Shown: positions 7,053-10,038 of the stretch, piece by piece | Layout: the number at the start of each line of letters is the position of its first letter | Numbering within the stretch: position 1 is the first letter of the stretch | From: Candidatus Baldrarchaeum yapensis | GTDB lineage: Archaea; Asgardarchaeota; Baldrarchaeia; Baldrarchaeales; Baldrarchaeaceae | DNA length: 10,038 nucleotides | Direction: 5' to 3' | Assembly: GCA_016840465.1 (NCBI GenBank) | Contig: JAEOSH010000068.1 | Location: 1-10,038 of the forward strand | Position numbers and translations under genes: made by a program | The notes under the pieces: generated by a model | What the model saw: the letters and a program-made list of their open reading frames with translations, nothing else | What the model was told of the DNA's origin: nothing | Databases searched by the model: none

Positions 7053-7083
7053 TCCCTTAGTAGTAAGGTAATGAGGTGAAAAT

Positions 7084-7308
7084 ATGTTGGGAAATTTACG
7101 AAAAAAGACACGCTTTATTGCAAAATCTGGTGATAAGATCATAGCAGAGGCAGAATCCCTCGAGGATCTCGCAAAAACGTTACAGGCTAGGAACATAGAT
7201 CCACGCCATGTCGAGATATTATCCTCCGAAGACCTCTTCGGAACACGAAGGGAGCATATGGGATTTAGAATTCCCAAAAGTCGCTATAAGGAATTATCCG
7301 ATCAGTAA
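7084..7308 (+). CDS. Small DUF5678-like protein
   Basis: 74 aa with a GAGGTGA RBS (7073-7079). The pattern FIAKSGDKIIAEAESLEDLAKTLQARNIDPRHVEI matches my recollection of DUF5678-type small archaeal proteins. Confidence 0.65.
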   Translation: MLGNLRKKTRFIAKSGDKIIAEAESLEDLAKTLQARNIDPRHVEILSSEDLFGTRREHMGFRIPKSRYKELSDQ

Positions 7309-7618
7309 CGCGATGATTGTGCCGAAAGGACATCTCGGCATCGAATTATATATAATTTCTAGGAATGCCCGGTTCCTCTGATTCAATTTTGAATGAAGAG
7401 AAAAGTTTTGTAACGAGGAATCTCGCGGATCACATAAAGTGAATACTCGCTAGTGATGGCGAATTAGCAGGCCCCGATACCTTAAGGGAAAAGATTAATT
7501 AGAGTAACGTGTCGAACTTGTGTCCAACAGGTGGTAATCATGGTTCTAAGCAGGTAACTTCTTCTCGTCTCAATTCTCAGATGCTCTGATAAAATTGCGT
7601 CTTCTGGAGGAGATTTCT

Positions 7619-10018
7619 ATGGGAGAAATTCTAGTGCGTCCGATGAGAGTAGAGGATTTCAAAGATGTTATGGAAATTTACGTCAGTTGTGATGAGGACT
7701 TCCCCTTCACCCTTCTAAGGGGAGAACCGCCCTATCCCGATGCGCTGAGATGGAGCTTCATAGAGTATGACCCCCTCATGAAGTTGGTCGCCGAGGTTGA
7801 TGGGAAGGTAGTCGGGTACCTATCGATTAACAGGCACTGGGAGGACCCCGATGCCGGATACCTCGAGTTTCTGATAGTCCACAGGAATTTTAGGAGGAGG
7901 GGCGTGGCGACTGCGCTGATCCGCGAGGCGCACAGGATCTTCAAAGAGAGGGGATTTCGGAGGTACTCTTTGGATACGTGGCTCACGAACTTCCGGGCCA
8001 GGAATTTGTACCGGAAAATGGGCTTCGTATGGGTGCCCGAGTCCGAAATCGTCTACGAGAACTTTCTACTGACGATAGAAAAAGTGCCGATATGCGCAGA
8101 ATGGCTAAATAAACACCCTGATGCGAAATTATCGGTTACAGAACACCCTGTAGAGTCCGAAAATGGCAAGTTTTGGGTTTACGAGTGGAAGAGCGACGGT
8201 GACGAGTTGCGGGTCGAGATAGACGTGAAGTCCAAAGGAATTAGGAGCATAACGTCCACCGAGGGTAAAGCCATTCTCCATGTAAGTGCAGTCCCAGTAA
8301 AATGGAAATATTACACAGGTGAGAACGTGAGCATCAGGGTGAGGGCGCTATTAGAGGGTAACGGGGAACTGGCATTAGGAATTCACGTAAAACTCCCCGA
8401 AGGATGGAAGGCGAACCCCTCTTTCATCTCAACACATATAAGGCCCTCGGAACAGTACGAGGTGAACATCTCGTTATCACCGGAAGGCGATGAACTTGAA
8501 GAGGGTGTGAAGAGTTTTCCGGTGATAGTATCGCTGGGTGGCAGATCGGTTGAATTAATGCCGTCATTTAAGGTCGAAGCCCCGCTCGAGATCATAGCCC
8601 CGGACAGTTACGTGATAATAAACTCCGGAGAGCGTGCGGAAGTCCCGATAGCGGCGAAGGTGAAGAGGAATTTAGAACACGCGACTATAAAGATACTCTG
8701 TGAGCCGGATCTTCTCATTTCCCCGAGAGAAATAAGAATAGAGCGCGCAAAGGAGGGGGACGTTGTCAAAGAAAAAATTGCATTGATGCCAGCCGGAGAC
8801 GACTATCGGGAGTACAGAGTAAAATTCGTATGTTACGCCGATAAAGAAGGTAAAGCCGTGCGGCTTCTCGAGTTACCAGTGGTCGTTACCAGGTTTCCGG
8901 GGGTTGCAGTTCTCAGGACCGGCGACCAATTGATAATCGACAACCCCCACATGAGGGTTATACTGAATGCAAAAACCGGAGACCTGAAGAAGATAGTGGA
9001 CAAAACGAACGGGGTCAAATGCACGTTCTGGGGAGGTATAAGAGAGGGGGTACACCCCAACTTCAATCTCCTGGAGTTTGTCACCCGGGAGTTCAGAATC
9101 GTGGAGAAGTCCCGCGAGAGGTGCGTAATAGAAGCGATCATGGAGTCATTCCGCAATAGAGATCTGCGCCTCACTAGGAGGATCACCGTTACGAACTCCA
9201 TGCCGGCACTACTACTCGAGTGGCAGTTAACAAATACGGGTGAAAGACCCTTCGAGGGAGCGTTAAAGGTAGCGCTTAATGTGCTTCCAGGAGATGAGTC
9301 CCCCGCGCACAGACTCGTGGTTCCCTATAGGAACTCCGTAATTTCCGATAGAGTTGTTAAGAGGTTCTGGCCTCCCATCTTTCCGCTTGCGATCAAAATT
9401 GGAGAAAGTGAAGGCTGGATTGCGATCGAGGACGAGCTACAGAAGTCCGTCACCGGAATTGTGGTAAGGGAAAATACCGGCGTCGACGAGATAGTCGCAG
9501 ATTACAGAGGATATGTTTACGGACTTGGCTTTCTACAGAGCAAAATCGGAAAGCTAAACCCCGGTGAGAGCATAAATATCGGACCGGTGGCGTTGCTTAT
9601 CACAAGGGGAGATTGGAGCATCATACGCCACTTTTATTTGAACTTTGGAGGGAAAAAGAGGCTAAAATCTCCCATTAAAATATTAAAACCATATGTTTTC
9701 TCGATAGAAGCTCCGAACGACGTCATCAGAAAGGATAAACCCTCCGAAATTGTAGTAACAGCACGTCGATTGGTATCACGTCCCGCCGCCGGCACGATAC
9801 GATTAAGGGAAAGCAATGGGATTCGTTTTTCGCCAAACTGTGTGCGCTTCGAAGTATTTGAGAAAGATTGCACTAGCGAGCGGCTATCGGTTACTATCGA
9901 TGAGAATTTGCAACCCGGGATCTACGAGATAAATGGGGAGGTAGAAATACTCGGCAGAATTCTACCGCTGAGCAGGTTGATAGCGCTGGTGTCGTCTTCC
10001 GGAACACTGAGTTACAAG
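7619..10018 (+). CDS. Large GNAT-family N-acetyltransferase fusion protein (>=800 aa, 3' truncated by the sequence end)
   Basis: GGAGGAG RBS at 7606-7612 and ATG at 7619. I read the frame open for 800 codons with no stop. The N-terminal GNAT has the acetyl-CoA motif LIVHRNFRRRGVATALI and NFRARNLYRKMGF, followed by beta-rich segments (VKLPEGWKANP; LIIDNPHMRVILNAKTGDLKKIVDKTNG; LEWQLTNTGE). It is absent from the ORF track because it has no stop. Confidence 0.92.
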
Positions 10019-10019
10019 A

Positions 10020-10038
10020 CTGTCTCTTATACACATCT
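10020..10038 (+). other. Nextera/Tn5 mosaic-end adapter (sequencing artefact)
   Basis: Exact 19-nt CTGTCTCTTATACACATCT at the extreme 3' end. Confidence 0.98.

Noticed and set aside
4985-7308. PLD plus PIN as an anti-phage defence system
   Set aside because: The PLD has an N-terminal membrane anchor and no helicase or effector fusion, and the PIN operon has its own promoter and operator. Adjacency alone is insufficient.
7250-7600. Remnant of a retropepsin-like protease gene often found after DUF5678 genes
   Set aside because: No DTG motif or sustained reading frame could be found, only short fragments.
1-10038. CRISPR array, tRNA, rRNA or intact transposase
   Set aside because: I saw no regularly spaced 25-40 nt repeats, no cloverleaf or T-loop consensus, no rRNA-like sequence and no transposase motifs on either strand.

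Overview
This is an archaeal-looking window: it has TATA boxes, GGAGG/GAGGTGA ribosome-binding sites and frequent ATA/AGG codons, but the lineage cannot be assigned from sequence alone. From left to right it contains: (1) a TATA-preceded, GC-rich, multi-hairpin segment (~112-289) that looks like a non-coding RNA; (2) a heavily decayed acyl-CoA synthetase/AMP-binding ligase pseudogene (~319-1890); (3) weak, decayed minus-strand coding remnants and AT-rich spacer DNA; (4) a tail-anchored coiled-coil protein; (5) one, possibly two, Cys/His microproteins below the ORF-track size cutoff; (6) an orphan protein divergent from a membrane-anchored two-HKD phospholipase D-superfamily gene; (7) a toxin-first PIN(VapC)/UPF0175-type toxin-antitoxin pair with a palindromic operator, followed by a small DUF5678-like gene; (8) a >=800 aa GNAT-fusion protein that runs off the end and is missing from the ORF track. 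The last 19 nt are an untrimmed Nextera/Tn5 adapter. I saw no tRNA, rRNA, CRISPR array or intact transposase. All family assignments come from motif recognition by eye, not from database searches.
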